64,000 nucleotides of DNA from a virus. The position numbers and the translations under genes are program-made. This document shows positions 19,301 to 29,147 of this stretch, one piece after another. The stretch lies in IMG/VR virus record IMGVR_UViG_3300025168_000063, positions 11,536 through 75,535 of that record. The stretch is one strand, 5' to 3'. Positions within the stretch are counted from its first letter, which is position 1. Every line of letters starts with the position of its first letter. The notes under the pieces were generated by a model. The model did no database searches. It worked only from the letters and a program-made list of their open reading frames with translations, and had not been told where the DNA came from.

Positions 19301-19692
19301 AGGACAGATGGATAGACCATAAGCAACTAACCGTTCCTGAATTTTACAAGAAAAGTGTATTATCAGGAGACTTAAATAATATGCCGCAAGATGCACCTTT
19401 CAGATATCAAGGAGCTAACCCAACTAAATGTTTAACAAACTACTCAGCTGATGATGGAGTAACGAGTCTTGTATTAAATAAAGGAGCTAACCTAGGACCA
19501 TCATCTGCTTCAAGACTTGCAAGACTCGATAAGATGTTAAGAACATATGCAATGGCCTTTGCACGAAGATATTACTTATCCAAACGAATAAGTTTTCTGA
19601 ATGCTGAACTACAAGAAGCATTGGATTGGGTTGACACACAAGGTGATGAATATGGATACGATCAAACAAATACGGCCGTCGAAGACGACTAG
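16327..19692 (+). CDS. Large virion protein with N-terminal I-set Ig domain and FBA-like sugar-binding domain
   Basis: C...VTWYKDG...EEDSGNYYFVATN (Ig) followed by NMVQNAYGENGIANW (FBA-like). Confidence 0.65.
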   Translation: MANTDNNTAAIIDQSNRRILAGYPFTIDCGVLGEDNVNTTGGEVIVTWYKDGTSLATGLSYTVTKPTEEDSGNYYFVATNNFGSTTSESVTIEIITPGEDQFKVNMVQNAYGENGIANWTPQIGSFRIKKFWATSGDKSWAGANSRFPNPALIDPKYALRDGLVFFTPNHIEYLVVTGTGENKIRTMVEANDGLGFTSTFQDIYITDPDTVDIIDRKVEGVFDVEAKCFGYLGQARAMEVYPKSSKYNSGFITKTGNGADDRPDYVETIRECRDEAKLRYEFYDANDEMMKEFEMDSFRPTAVKAAFAIGYRSISIPPGTRRVRIHMLFRRDDREHEWLSEKQTFAKSFYCGIHAVNFRIFINKDGLKFPSVKFNPDDIIDSNLDDLLEQQIMDAQVERAKCSNLIETLGNVELRNHITSDYKHPTQDGVLQGGIEQLTRWAMHEQIRYKLTNGHTTSPLPGKQGSLFPIYDINNIEAGPRRIEHGDRHFASRAWDVDKKTSGHYVPQAVTANLHISKRLSAISQGQARDSHLFLQKMNFIYNNEKLINLIIEAFTDSYTSLMGPDGLSWWEAFWAEYGVRGEFGYNATHKKNWIAAVVGGKPEDQDSGTVSDRIKIAYALAGNRKTNSYPYNLGALFFRPGKGFGGSDMMDDVLTNLYGGFESYYTVNLGFFWHSVTHHYWQSTTEVEFSKYYNKGSNYSILNTSTYNKERWLSDEYLDEFKERLNDVGEDRVYDDSIKMTVKEIYESIYDGDKSSAIFQDCVQAYVPPSSFSTNHWFKPNPDDPDTWYDLQENSDKKEVYIARLEDLSETKRGEFTYSPYDRGGYTIGYHYPCEIIDQNPVAYSTWDNNLILTESQPMIAKIIWPGMGSSLWFKYRDLMYNINEYTIMDYSLDDMVGKITESKWKMLENFFITTRSPIVFNEKISMKSAPYNGSPTGNFDFKDSDRNNTWHGYYSQHKYLDDNMIFDTPGKSYNGESFITKSTTLGTGNKDRWIDHKQLTVPEFYKKSVLSGDLNNMPQDAPFRYQGANPTKCLTNYSADDGVTSLVLNKGANLGPSSASRLARLDKMLRTYAMAFARRYYLSKRISFLNAELQEALDWVDTQGDEYGYDQTNTAVEDD

Positions 19693-19703
19693 TGAGGATA
19701 TAA

Positions 19704-22700
19704 ATGAGTAAATTTGGAACAGAAGACATATTAAACATTGGAACTGGAAGAATAGTTTCTGATGGTGCTCTATATAAGGCAGCACAGCCTATTGGAGCGC
19801 GGCTGTCCGTTATTGTATATAACGCTCAAGGTGAATTTATACAAAGCCAAACCTTCAATCCATCAACCGACGCTCCACGTGGTAATCCTAATTTTGTAGA
19901 ATACTACTCAATGTACAAAAGTCTGAAGATAGATGATATACCAAATACTTCAGGTCTGCAAATAAACATGCAAGGTGTATTGACAGCTATGGGATTACCT
20001 CAAGGCGTATATCACATCGTTACTAATTTGGTTACTATACTAGATCCAGCTGCTATCATAAAAGATATTTCAACCGATAGAACTGAAATACGGTTCGATG
20101 GAATTCCATCATCTGGAGATAACAATACTACTTTTGGACTCAACGAATTACCAGAACATTTGGGTAATCATAAGCTAGAACTAGGTATGGGTAGATTCGT
20201 TGGTATGATCAACTGGACAACGGAAGCTGGAAATATTATTACAAAACTAGACTCCGCTCTCCCAGCTGATATATTCACTGGCGGTGCCTATGGATTGTAT
20301 ATAAATATAACTGATCCATCAAAGACTATAATCGAATGGGAAATAGAAGGTGAGGATATTACATATCAATATCTACATCCCAACTTTGACATAAAAATAA
20401 GATCCGGAACTCCAGCAGCAACAGAATTCAAAACATCTGAAGATATTCTTGGAACGATCAAAGAAACAAAAGATAAGCTGATAAATAAACACCTCAGTCA
20501 AAGCTATGGTGAAACGGAAGTAAACATAAACTACCAAGACCCTACAGAGTTTATTCATTTTTCATCATATGAAGAGCGATTATTAAACTTTAAATACAAG
20601 CTTCAGCAAATAGAAAAATATTCAACGGAAATCTCTGCGTCTGATACAATAACTGGAGCTATAGCTTCTTCGGATGTGGTTGTGATAGATAGATCTGCAA
20701 TTGTCGATAAGCAATCAAATATAATATCATCATTTGACAAATTTGAACAGTATATGTATAATGAATCATCCTCAGACATCTCAGGATCGTATGGAGAATT
20801 CTGGTCGAATGCTTGGCCAAAGAGTACCACTATACCACCTCATAAAATACAAGCTACAACATCCTCAGAGGCTACAACTTGGTTGACAGGAGCACTTACA
20901 TCAGCTTCATATTATGATAGGATGAATCAAGATATGCTATCAAAAGCATTGCCTCAGTATATTCTAGAAGATCCAAACAATTCTACCATGTTTACACTAG
21001 TCGATATGATAGGACAGCATTATGATGTAGTATGGACATACATAAAAGGTATCACAGATACTAACATCAGAGATGAGGATCTTAATACTGGTATAGCAAA
21101 AAATCTATTATGGAATGTAGGAACATCTTTAGGTATGAATTTACCAAATGGAAACTCTGCTGAAGACCTTTGGAAATGGTCGTTGGGGACTGATGCATCT
21201 GGAAGTTTTGCATCATCCGGTACCGGATTTGAATCCGGATCTCTACCACAACTGACCTCAGAAGATGTGACTAAATCTATATGGAGCAGATTGATAAATA
21301 ATCTTCCATACTTCTTAAAAACAAAAGGTACTAAGAGAGGAGTAAAAGCTGTACTAGCTTGTTATGGTGTACCGGATACTGTAATAGATATAAAAGAATA
21401 TGGAGGACCAAAAGGCTTACAAGATAATGAGCGTCAATTTCTTCAAGAGGAACGAGCAACGTATGCACTTCAAATAGATAGAGGTGAAAAGCTACAATTG
21501 AAAACGGCAAAGCATGGTACGAGTGGACAAACGCCAAGAGCATTCGAATTCAGATTCAAAACAAATCAAAAAGACGATCAAGTTTTATTAGAGCGAAGCA
21601 AGCATACTGGAGGAAATGGAGGAAACTGGTTTATTAATATGCACCACAGCTCATCTATATCTCAAACAATTACACCTAACTACTCATCTACAAACATACC
21701 ACTAATTGCACAGACTCCAAAAACTGGAAAGGGTGAGTGGGGAAGATTAACATTTTTCCTCTCTGCATCAAATATATCAGATCCAGCAGCTAGCATGATC
21801 TCTGCATCTACTGATTATCTTCCTTTATATAATGGAGATTGGTGGAATGTAGTATTGCAAACGGAAGTAACTGCATCAACGGATGCAACATCAGACAATA
21901 CAAATGATGGTCAAAAATGGCAGTTGATATGTAAGAGTGCAAAAGACCATTCAAATGGAAAAATCACCCACTCAAGTACTACCACATTAAACAATCACAC
22001 AGGATCGTACTCAGCTAGTTTTAATTACGCTTGGAGATATATACACAATTCAGATGAGAGTCTTTGGAGCTTTGGTGGAGAAAAACAAACTTCTGTAGCT
22101 ACTAGATACGATGCAACTGGAATCACGGGTCTTACAGAAACCGTAAAACAGTTTAGTGGATCTATGCAAGAAATTAGAATATGGGGAGATGATGGTACAA
22201 ACTCAGATTACTTATCTGACAATGTTATAGAAACGCACACACTATCACCTAGATCGTATGTTGGAAACAACTTCTCATCTTCATATGATAATCTATGGGC
22301 AAGATTCCCATTAGGCTCTGAGTGGCAGAAATATAATCTATCTGGATCAGCCTTAATATCATCTAGCCACCCTAACCAACTAGTGGACTGGACTGGAGGT
22401 ACATCCCCAATAGGAAGTACCAAGCTACATTTAACAGCAAGCTCATTTACGGACGGTACTACTGGGAGCAATGGTACACATTTTGAACCTTCATATGAAA
22501 CATATTATACAACTATCCCATCATATCCTTCAAATGGTATATCATCGACTAAAGTTCGACTAGAAGACTCCATGTTGTTAAAACCGTTAAGTGCATTCGA
22601 TAAAGCTGAGCTCAGTGAATTCGACAGACATCCAAAGGATACCAATACGGTAGGTGTACATATATCACTACAACATCAAATCAATAGAGATATAGCATAT

Positions 22701-23909
22701 CAATTTGGTGATATGAGAGTAGATGATTATATAGGAGACCCAGCACATTTATCATTAGACAATTATCCAGATTTAGAAGAACTTAAAAACTTCTACTTTA
22801 AAAAATTAAATAACAAGCCTGATATGGCGGACTTCAATAGAATATTAACATACTATGATGTTAGTATGTTTGAGATGATAAAGCGAATGATGCCGGCACG
22901 AGCAAATGCATATGTTGGATTATTAATAGAACCACATATTTTAGAAAGAAGTAAAATACAAAAACTGCCAGTCCTAGAACAAAATCAACCTTTTTACTCA
23001 ACTAAAGTTGATGTACGCACAGACATATTTCCATTATCTATGTCATCAACATTTGTATCAGAACATTCAGCAAGTCTATTAACTACAGGAGGTGAAAATT
23101 GGTTCAGGTTTAACGCTGCAGCAGCAAACTCATCCTCACACGGTCAATTAGATGATACAATTATATTATCTAACAGTGCATCATATAATGGATCGAGGTA
23201 CCAATGGACACAACATTATAGAAACAAAAATGCAGATGGAACATTTACCGTTGGATCGTATATACATACGAGTAATCCATTCAACACAGTTGTAACGGGA
23301 TCTTCACTATCTCAAATTTGGAAAACGAGATTATTCAAATACAGCTCATCATTTTCAGCGTCATGGGATTCTGATAGAGGAATAATGGCAGGTACGTTAG
23401 GGTATGGATTAAATTCGACAAATGCAGATAGTTGGAATTCATCTCTTCAATCAGTCGAAAACGGAAAGTTTGACCGTCAGCGAGGTAAGGCGCATATATA
23501 TCCATTGATAGGAGACGTTCCATTAACAGCAGCTGAACGACAGGATACTAGATTCTCTGGATTTGATAATGCAAGGTATAACGGCTCTAAGCTTGTAGCA
23601 GGAGGATATAATGAAGACACGCCAAGCACACCAGATGGATCTCCAGTAATTTCACTGTTTGATACAAATCCAAACCAATTAATAGTTACCTCTCCAAGCG
23701 TTTATGGTGGCTCGTTACTTGTTCCTGGAATATCTAAATGGAACACGAAATCGAAATATGGAACTCAAGGGTGGGATAAATTTGGAAATCCAGTAATGCT
23801 GATAAGTAAAGATGGGCCACAAGTAACAACTCAAAAAGCTAATTCTGGAGTCAAGGTGACAACTGGAGGAAACACACAGCAAGCTTCACAAGGTAATGCT
23901 TATAAGTAA
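19704..23909 (+). CDS. Large baseplate wedge protein (gp7-like) with LamG-like insert
   Basis: LPQYI...DMIGQHYD, YFLKTKGTKRGVKAVLACYG (wedge 'KGT' motif), FSGSMQEIRIW and MPARAN...GLLIEP. Confidence 0.7.
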   Translation: MSKFGTEDILNIGTGRIVSDGALYKAAQPIGARLSVIVYNAQGEFIQSQTFNPSTDAPRGNPNFVEYYSMYKSLKIDDIPNTSGLQINMQGVLTAMGLPQGVYHIVTNLVTILDPAAIIKDISTDRTEIRFDGIPSSGDNNTTFGLNELPEHLGNHKLELGMGRFVGMINWTTEAGNIITKLDSALPADIFTGGAYGLYINITDPSKTIIEWEIEGEDITYQYLHPNFDIKIRSGTPAATEFKTSEDILGTIKETKDKLINKHLSQSYGETEVNINYQDPTEFIHFSSYEERLLNFKYKLQQIEKYSTEISASDTITGAIASSDVVVIDRSAIVDKQSNIISSFDKFEQYMYNESSSDISGSYGEFWSNAWPKSTTIPPHKIQATTSSEATTWLTGALTSASYYDRMNQDMLSKALPQYILEDPNNSTMFTLVDMIGQHYDVVWTYIKGITDTNIRDEDLNTGIAKNLLWNVGTSLGMNLPNGNSAEDLWKWSLGTDASGSFASSGTGFESGSLPQLTSEDVTKSIWSRLINNLPYFLKTKGTKRGVKAVLACYGVPDTVIDIKEYGGPKGLQDNERQFLQEERATYALQIDRGEKLQLKTAKHGTSGQTPRAFEFRFKTNQKDDQVLLERSKHTGGNGGNWFINMHHSSSISQTITPNYSSTNIPLIAQTPKTGKGEWGRLTFFLSASNISDPAASMISASTDYLPLYNGDWWNVVLQTEVTASTDATSDNTNDGQKWQLICKSAKDHSNGKITHSSTTTLNNHTGSYSASFNYAWRYIHNSDESLWSFGGEKQTSVATRYDATGITGLTETVKQFSGSMQEIRIWGDDGTNSDYLSDNVIETHTLSPRSYVGNNFSSSYDNLWARFPLGSEWQKYNLSGSALISSSHPNQLVDWTGGTSPIGSTKLHLTASSFTDGTTGSNGTHFEPSYETYYTTIPSYPSNGISSTKVRLEDSMLLKPLSAFDKAELSEFDRHPKDTNTVGVHISLQHQINRDIAYQFGDMRVDDYIGDPAHLSLDNYPDLEELKNFYFKKLNNKPDMADFNRILTYYDVSMFEMIKRMMPARANAYVGLLIEPHILERSKIQKLPVLEQNQPFYSTKVDVRTDIFPLSMSSTFVSEHSASLLTTGGENWFRFNAAAANSSSHGQLDDTIILSNSASYNGSRYQWTQHYRNKNADGTFTVGSYIHTSNPFNTVVTGSSLSQIWKTRLFKYSSSFSASWDSDRGIMAGTLGYGLNSTNADSWNSSLQSVENGKFDRQRGKAHIYPLIGDVPLTAAERQDTRFSGFDNARYNGSKLVAGGYNEDTPSTPDGSPVISLFDTNPNQLIVTSPSVYGGSLLVPGISKWNTKSKYGTQGWDKFGNPVMLISKDGPQVTTQKANSGVKVTTGGNTQQASQGNAYK

Positions 23910-23949
23910 TAACATAGTAGTGTATATATAAGTTTTTTGGTATAGCGAC

Positions 23950-23957
23950 ATATTTAT
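23950..23957 (+). promoter_or_regulatory. Putative late promoter ATATTTAT
   Basis: Intergenic, upstream of SD AGGAG. Confidence 0.7.
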
Positions 23958-23985
23958 ATTAGAGAAACAAAAGGAGAAATAATCC

Positions 23986-24618
23986 ATGGGATATTTAGAC
24001 AACACAACAGTAACAGTAGATGCAATTCTTACAAAGAAAGGAAGAGAATTACTCGCACAAGGCGGTAATGCATTTAATATTACAAAATTTGCTTTATCAG
24101 ATGATGAGGTAGATTATAATCTGTACATGCCAGCGCATACAGAAGGTACAGCAAAATATGGTGAAGCTATTGAAGCAATGCCAGTAGTAGAAGCGGTACC
24201 AGATCAGAATTATGTATTAAGACATAAATTAATTACATTACCTAAGGGTAATTTAAAACTTCCAAAGGTAGGTGTTGGAGGAGCTGAAACATTCAACTTA
24301 AGCAATATAAATACAACATCACCTATGATTACACCAGTAGTAACAAATTTCCAAAGTATAGACATGTCTCAAGGATTTACGTTTGTAATTGGAGACACTG
24401 ACGTCATTCAACCAATAAACTGGACAGCAGTCTCAGGAGTCCCAATTGGATCAGGAAATACAAGAGTTGCGAAAGCTATACAATTCCAAGCAATGCCACA
24501 GACGGTAGAAGCAAAATCAACTACAGTAACAATTACTGGTAGAGCTACGGGTGGACACTTGACATTAACGTTTAATGTAGCTAAGGATGTTGTTAATAAC
24601 GATACTTTCGCATCATAA
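23986..24618 (+). CDS. Baseplate/tail-fibre anchor protein (N-half of a DUF3751-like fold)
   Basis: ILTKKGRELLA...ITKFALSDDEVDY. Confidence 0.6.
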   Translation: MGYLDNTTVTVDAILTKKGRELLAQGGNAFNITKFALSDDEVDYNLYMPAHTEGTAKYGEAIEAMPVVEAVPDQNYVLRHKLITLPKGNLKLPKVGVGGAETFNLSNINTTSPMITPVVTNFQSIDMSQGFTFVIGDTDVIQPINWTAVSGVPIGSGNTRVAKAIQFQAMPQTVEAKSTTVTITGRATGGHLTLTFNVAKDVVNNDTFAS

Positions 24619-24630
24619 GGAGAATAAACC

Positions 24631-25650
24631 ATGGCATACACATATACAAATTTTGACGTATCTGATGATATAGTATCAGAAGTCTCAGAGATTCAAACTG
24701 CACCTATATGGTCAGATAATACTGCAACTCTATCTGCATTCTTCACTTCTTCCGCACAGAGTGGAAGTGCAAATGTAAACTCATATCTAGATATTTTAGA
24801 TGGTACAACAGCTACAGCAACATCACAGTTTTCTATAACATATGGACATTACGCGGGAAGCGGCTCAGCCGATTATGACAATACATCTAAACCTGGCGTA
24901 TCACCAACAAGAGCTATTTATGGCCAATACGCGAATATGCTTTTAGCTGATGGAACTGATAAATTTACTGTAGGTGGATCTGAGATAGATGATATCCTTG
25001 TTATCAATGTTAATAGAGCAAGATTCAAAGAACAACTAGATCCAGGAAACTGGCAATTGAATTTGGACGGAAATGGAAAGCAATTTAGTGATGTATTACA
25101 TCTAGTAGATTCTAGCGATTCAGCTACATCTACAATAAATGAAGCAGGTCGAGTATATGATATAGTATCAGGATCTATTACAAATGGTCCTTTCTCTACA
25201 GCAGCATCGCATTCATTTGGAAAAGTATTTGTAGATCAAGGCGTGTTAGTCTTAGATCCTACTAAACTTGCAAATGCGACGACTTATGTAAGAACAGTAG
25301 GGTCAAATGCATTTGGAGATAATGTTGCGTCATTCTTAAACACAATCACAGGTTCAGCGGTAGGCGCGACTCCGAAGTTTACAGCAAGAAACAAAGAAGA
25401 AGTAAAATCTACACATTATTTTGTTAGAGTAAAAAATCAAGCATATAATTACTCAGATAATCCAACATTCGTAACTGGTTCTGATGCAACTTTAAGATAC
25501 GCAGACTTTAAGAATAATCCAAATACATACATAACAACTGTTGGAATGTATGATGATAATGACAATTGTCTTGCAATTGCAAAATTAAGCAAACCATTGC
25601 TAAAATCATTCAGTCGCGAAGCGTTAATTAAAGTTAAACTTGAATACTAA
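24631..25650 (+). CDS. Baseplate/tail structural protein
   Basis: C-terminal YITTVGMYDDNDNCLAIAKLSKP. Confidence 0.6.
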   Translation: MAYTYTNFDVSDDIVSEVSEIQTAPIWSDNTATLSAFFTSSAQSGSANVNSYLDILDGTTATATSQFSITYGHYAGSGSADYDNTSKPGVSPTRAIYGQYANMLLADGTDKFTVGGSEIDDILVINVNRARFKEQLDPGNWQLNLDGNGKQFSDVLHLVDSSDSATSTINEAGRVYDIVSGSITNGPFSTAASHSFGKVFVDQGVLVLDPTKLANATTYVRTVGSNAFGDNVASFLNTITGSAVGATPKFTARNKEEVKSTHYFVRVKNQAYNYSDNPTFVTGSDATLRYADFKNNPNTYITTVGMYDDNDNCLAIAKLSKPLLKSFSREALIKVKLEY

Positions 25651-25681
25651 ACAATATTCAGGAACATTGGAATGATAAAAC

Positions 25682-27586
25682 ATGGGTCTAATAGTAAAGT
25701 CTTTACAGATAGGCGAGAAATCTCGTACTAAATTCAAGATACATAAGGGGTATGATGTAACACGTGCAAACTCCTCAAGTCTTGGAATAGAGACATACCT
25801 AGCAGAATACCAAACGGGATCTCTGGTTTCTTGGAACACCTCATCATCAGATCCAACTACAAAAGACGGATACTATCGAAATCAAATACACCATTCTATA
25901 AACACTTTATTCTACAGAAATTACACAAACCACCCAGGAGAAACAGCAAGTCCAGGAGGAGCCTTTCCTCAAAATCAAAAACGTATATTAGATCGAAAGG
26001 CTACTGTAATATCAGTCCCTCAGAAAAGATTTGGTGAGCGAGTACATCCAGGTACGTTTAAGATAGTAGGTAAGAATTCTGTAACTATTAATGATGATAA
26101 AAATGGAAACTTAATTGATCCGGATATAGCTACTACCTATATGATACCAAGTGCATCTGAATTGATGAGACTATCATTTAATGAGTGTCATGAATTTAGT
26201 GGATTGATGGATGGCTCAGAACCAAGCTACAGAAGAGAATATCAATTAAATTTTTCTGGATCAAAGCATCATTATGTGACTGACTTCCAATTGGATGATA
26301 CTAGTTTAGTAAGAAATAAAATATATGCATATAATATGCGATTCGAAGAACGGGATGGAACTTTTGGAACACATGCAGTATTTAATGGACTTGGAGGATC
26401 TAATTCTCCAATCAATGGAGTTAATCCTGGTCGAGGAGGTCATGGAAATATAATAGTATCAGATAGACATCAAATGTGGGATCGATTCAAGTTTGATAAA
26501 GACGATGATTTCGCTGTAGCATTCTGGACAAAAATACCAACATCACAATCTGTAACTCAAAGCTATGAAGGATATGAGTCAACATCAGACAATTTAGAAT
26601 ATGCAACCACAACATACGATCATGATACAAACGTTCTAATCGCTAGAAAAGGTATGGGAAAATGGAGGAAAAGTCCATTTATAATAGAAACCTATAATCA
26701 AAGAAGAGGTGATGTAGACACTGATGACTCAGGCGATGTAGGTAAACTAGTATTAAGAAGAGGTAGTCACGCTCAATGTCTACATGATGGTTCTCCACAA
26801 CTAACCTCATCAGCTCAACTTAATGATGGTGAATGGCACCACGTTGTATATCAACATCAAACTGGTAGTAATGAGTTTTGGGTAGATGGAATTAAACAGA
26901 CCTCAGCAAGCGATGGAGCTCTAAAATGTACTACAAACACTCCTATTTGTATAGGAGGAGCTCTCCAAGGATATGTAACTGCATCGGCTAAACGTGTGTA
27001 TGAAGGAACTTCTCCCGAACTAGCATCTAGAGGTGCCTCCTTCACTGATATAATTAAATGGCATTATTCAGATCAGGGTGGATACTCACACAGCTCGCCT
27101 AAAAACGTAGTACAACCACTTTCAGGTTCAATGGATGAAGTTAGGATATTTAATAAAGCTCTATCCCATAAAGAAATAGCTTTTCTAAGTGCGAGTAATA
27201 ATACAAATCAAGTAGGTAATATATTTTATAATCATGGATTTGGATGTATTACCCATCCTCACTCAAAATATCAAGACGTAATGAACGATCTGAATGCAAC
27301 CATCAATCTCAATGGCTCTACGCAATTGACCGAATTAGAATATGTACTAAATGTCAAGGCTCATGAGTTTGACGGATCAGAAAATATAACCCTACGAAAA
27401 GGAGAACTTCCAGATAATATAGAAATGAAAGATTTTGCAACAAGCTCAGCATTTTCACCATATATATCAACTTTAGGATTATACAATGATAGCTTAGAAT
27501 TGTTAGGAATTGCAAAGCTAGCTCAGCCACTAAAAAAACCTACTGATTATGATCTTACTTTTATTCTAAGACTGGATACACTGTAA
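25682..27586 (+). CDS. Baseplate/tail structural protein with LamG (concanavalin-like) domain; paralogue of the preceding gene
   Basis: FAVAFW...LNDGEWHHVV...WVDG...GSMDEVRIFNKALS, and C-terminal YISTLGLYNDSLELLGIAKLAQP. Confidence 0.7.
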   Translation: MGLIVKSLQIGEKSRTKFKIHKGYDVTRANSSSLGIETYLAEYQTGSLVSWNTSSSDPTTKDGYYRNQIHHSINTLFYRNYTNHPGETASPGGAFPQNQKRILDRKATVISVPQKRFGERVHPGTFKIVGKNSVTINDDKNGNLIDPDIATTYMIPSASELMRLSFNECHEFSGLMDGSEPSYRREYQLNFSGSKHHYVTDFQLDDTSLVRNKIYAYNMRFEERDGTFGTHAVFNGLGGSNSPINGVNPGRGGHGNIIVSDRHQMWDRFKFDKDDDFAVAFWTKIPTSQSVTQSYEGYESTSDNLEYATTTYDHDTNVLIARKGMGKWRKSPFIIETYNQRRGDVDTDDSGDVGKLVLRRGSHAQCLHDGSPQLTSSAQLNDGEWHHVVYQHQTGSNEFWVDGIKQTSASDGALKCTTNTPICIGGALQGYVTASAKRVYEGTSPELASRGASFTDIIKWHYSDQGGYSHSSPKNVVQPLSGSMDEVRIFNKALSHKEIAFLSASNNTNQVGNIFYNHGFGCITHPHSKYQDVMNDLNATINLNGSTQLTELEYVLNVKAHEFDGSENITLRKGELPDNIEMKDFATSSAFSPYISTLGLYNDSLELLGIAKLAQPLKKPTDYDLTFILRLDTL

Positions 27587-28716
27587 TGGCTTCTATTGAA
27601 TCAGCAGGCGAAATTCAATACTGGTTCGAACTAATAATACAAGCGGACCAAGGATCAGAAGAACAACAATACCTCATCAAGAAAATACCAAATCACTTAA
27701 TGCGTCAAATTTCTGACCTTTTGAAAAACTATTATAGCAATATCACAAATAAGAATCATCGAGATGAGGAGATTAAGAAAAACTATAAGGATGATGAAGT
27801 GTTTGGTACGGAGGCAATCAAAGATCGACCCCTAAGACCTGGTGCAACAAAACTCAACTCAGCCGAGCAAATCACTCCATTCATCAGAGGCCGGGATATG
27901 GAAGAACACCAACAACTGATGCGGGGAATGTCTTCATTGGGTCAAACTGTTCTTAATTCTTATAAACGTGACACTGGCTCAGCTAATCAAACTGATATAC
28001 TACCACATCTATTTAAACAGCAAAAGTGGTATAAAGGTATAGAGAGTAACATAGATAAAACAATAGCCGTAGCTGTTGAGGGATCCCTCAACACAAAACA
28101 AGTACACCTATTAACGCGTCTGAGACATAGAGCATCAGGCTCTTTATTTAGAGAGATGGCTAACACTACATTTGAAGAAGAACTTCAAGTAATGGATAAA
28201 ACTAAGGATCCTGGTGAAGTTATGGAAAAGACAATGACCAATGCAAATCCATTCAGAGGAAAATTTACATTCCATACCAGTTATGGACCTCCTCCCACAG
28301 CAAGTCTTTCTCAATCGACGGTATCATACACAGCTATAAAAGACTTAGGCGTACCTGAATACGGTCCTGAATTTACTCTTTATAATACTACAACTGGATC
28401 TTTAAGTAGTGGATCTTTCTTAAATGCAGACAGCGCAGGATCTCCATATATTTTTAATGGACAGGAACTTGATGCATCATCTGTAATCCCTACAACAGCA
28501 TCTGTATTAGAAACCCTTAGATTTAAAGCTACTTCTAAAGTTGCATATACTGCAAAATGGGAACAGGATATAACTGTTATTTCCCAAACTGCAACAACGG
28601 TAGAGGTATTGTATAGAAATAAAGAATACACACCAGCTCTATTTAATTCAAATATGAATACACTGTTTCCCACACAGAAGACTGTTTTGAGAAACGGAAC
28701 TATATTTATTACATAG
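27586..28716 (+). CDS. Hypothetical protein, probably structural
   Basis: TAATG coupling; S/T-rich C-terminal half. Confidence 0.6.
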   Translation: MASIESAGEIQYWFELIIQADQGSEEQQYLIKKIPNHLMRQISDLLKNYYSNITNKNHRDEEIKKNYKDDEVFGTEAIKDRPLRPGATKLNSAEQITPFIRGRDMEEHQQLMRGMSSLGQTVLNSYKRDTGSANQTDILPHLFKQQKWYKGIESNIDKTIAVAVEGSLNTKQVHLLTRLRHRASGSLFREMANTTFEEELQVMDKTKDPGEVMEKTMTNANPFRGKFTFHTSYGPPPTASLSQSTVSYTAIKDLGVPEYGPEFTLYNTTTGSLSSGSFLNADSAGSPYIFNGQELDASSVIPTTASVLETLRFKATSKVAYTAKWEQDITVISQTATTVEVLYRNKEYTPALFNSNMNTLFPTQKTVLRNGTIFIT

Positions 28717-28717
28717 A

Positions 28718-29110
28718 ATGGCAAGACGTATTAAAAAAATAAATGGTTATAGATCTGGATTTGAGAACACACTTGGATCCCAGCTAAAAGAATCCAAAAC
28801 TAAATTCACGTATGAAACTACTGTAATACCGTATACAAAACCAGAAACGGAGCATACATATACAGTTGACTTTACATTACCTAATGGCATATTAATTGAA
28901 GCTAAAGGAAGATGGGTAACGGAGGATCGTAAAAAACATATGCTAATCAGAGCACAACATCCAGAGCTAGACATCAGGTTTGTATTCATGAATTCAAATG
29001 GTAAGATACGTAAGGGAAGCAAAACGACATATGCAGATTTCTGCGATAAGCATGGAATATTATGGTCGAATAAAGTAATCCCAAGTCAGTGGTTAAAATC
29101 CAAGAAATAA
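28718..29110 (+). CDS. T7 endonuclease I-like Holliday junction resolvase
   Basis: YRSGFE, YTVDFTLPNGILIEAKGRW, DRKKH, HPELDIRFVF and TTYADFC. Confidence 0.93.
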   Translation: MARRIKKINGYRSGFENTLGSQLKESKTKFTYETTVIPYTKPETEHTYTVDFTLPNGILIEAKGRWVTEDRKKHMLIRAQHPELDIRFVFMNSNGKIRKGSKTTYADFCDKHGILWSNKVIPSQWLKSKK

Positions 29111-29142
29111 GTTGCAAATATAAAATAAATTCCTTATATTAA
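29111..29142 (+). promoter_or_regulatory. Host-type (Bacteroidota-like) promoter
   Basis: GTTG-N20-TATATTAA, 5 nt before the primase ATG. Confidence 0.6.
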
Positions 29143-29147
29143 GCCTA

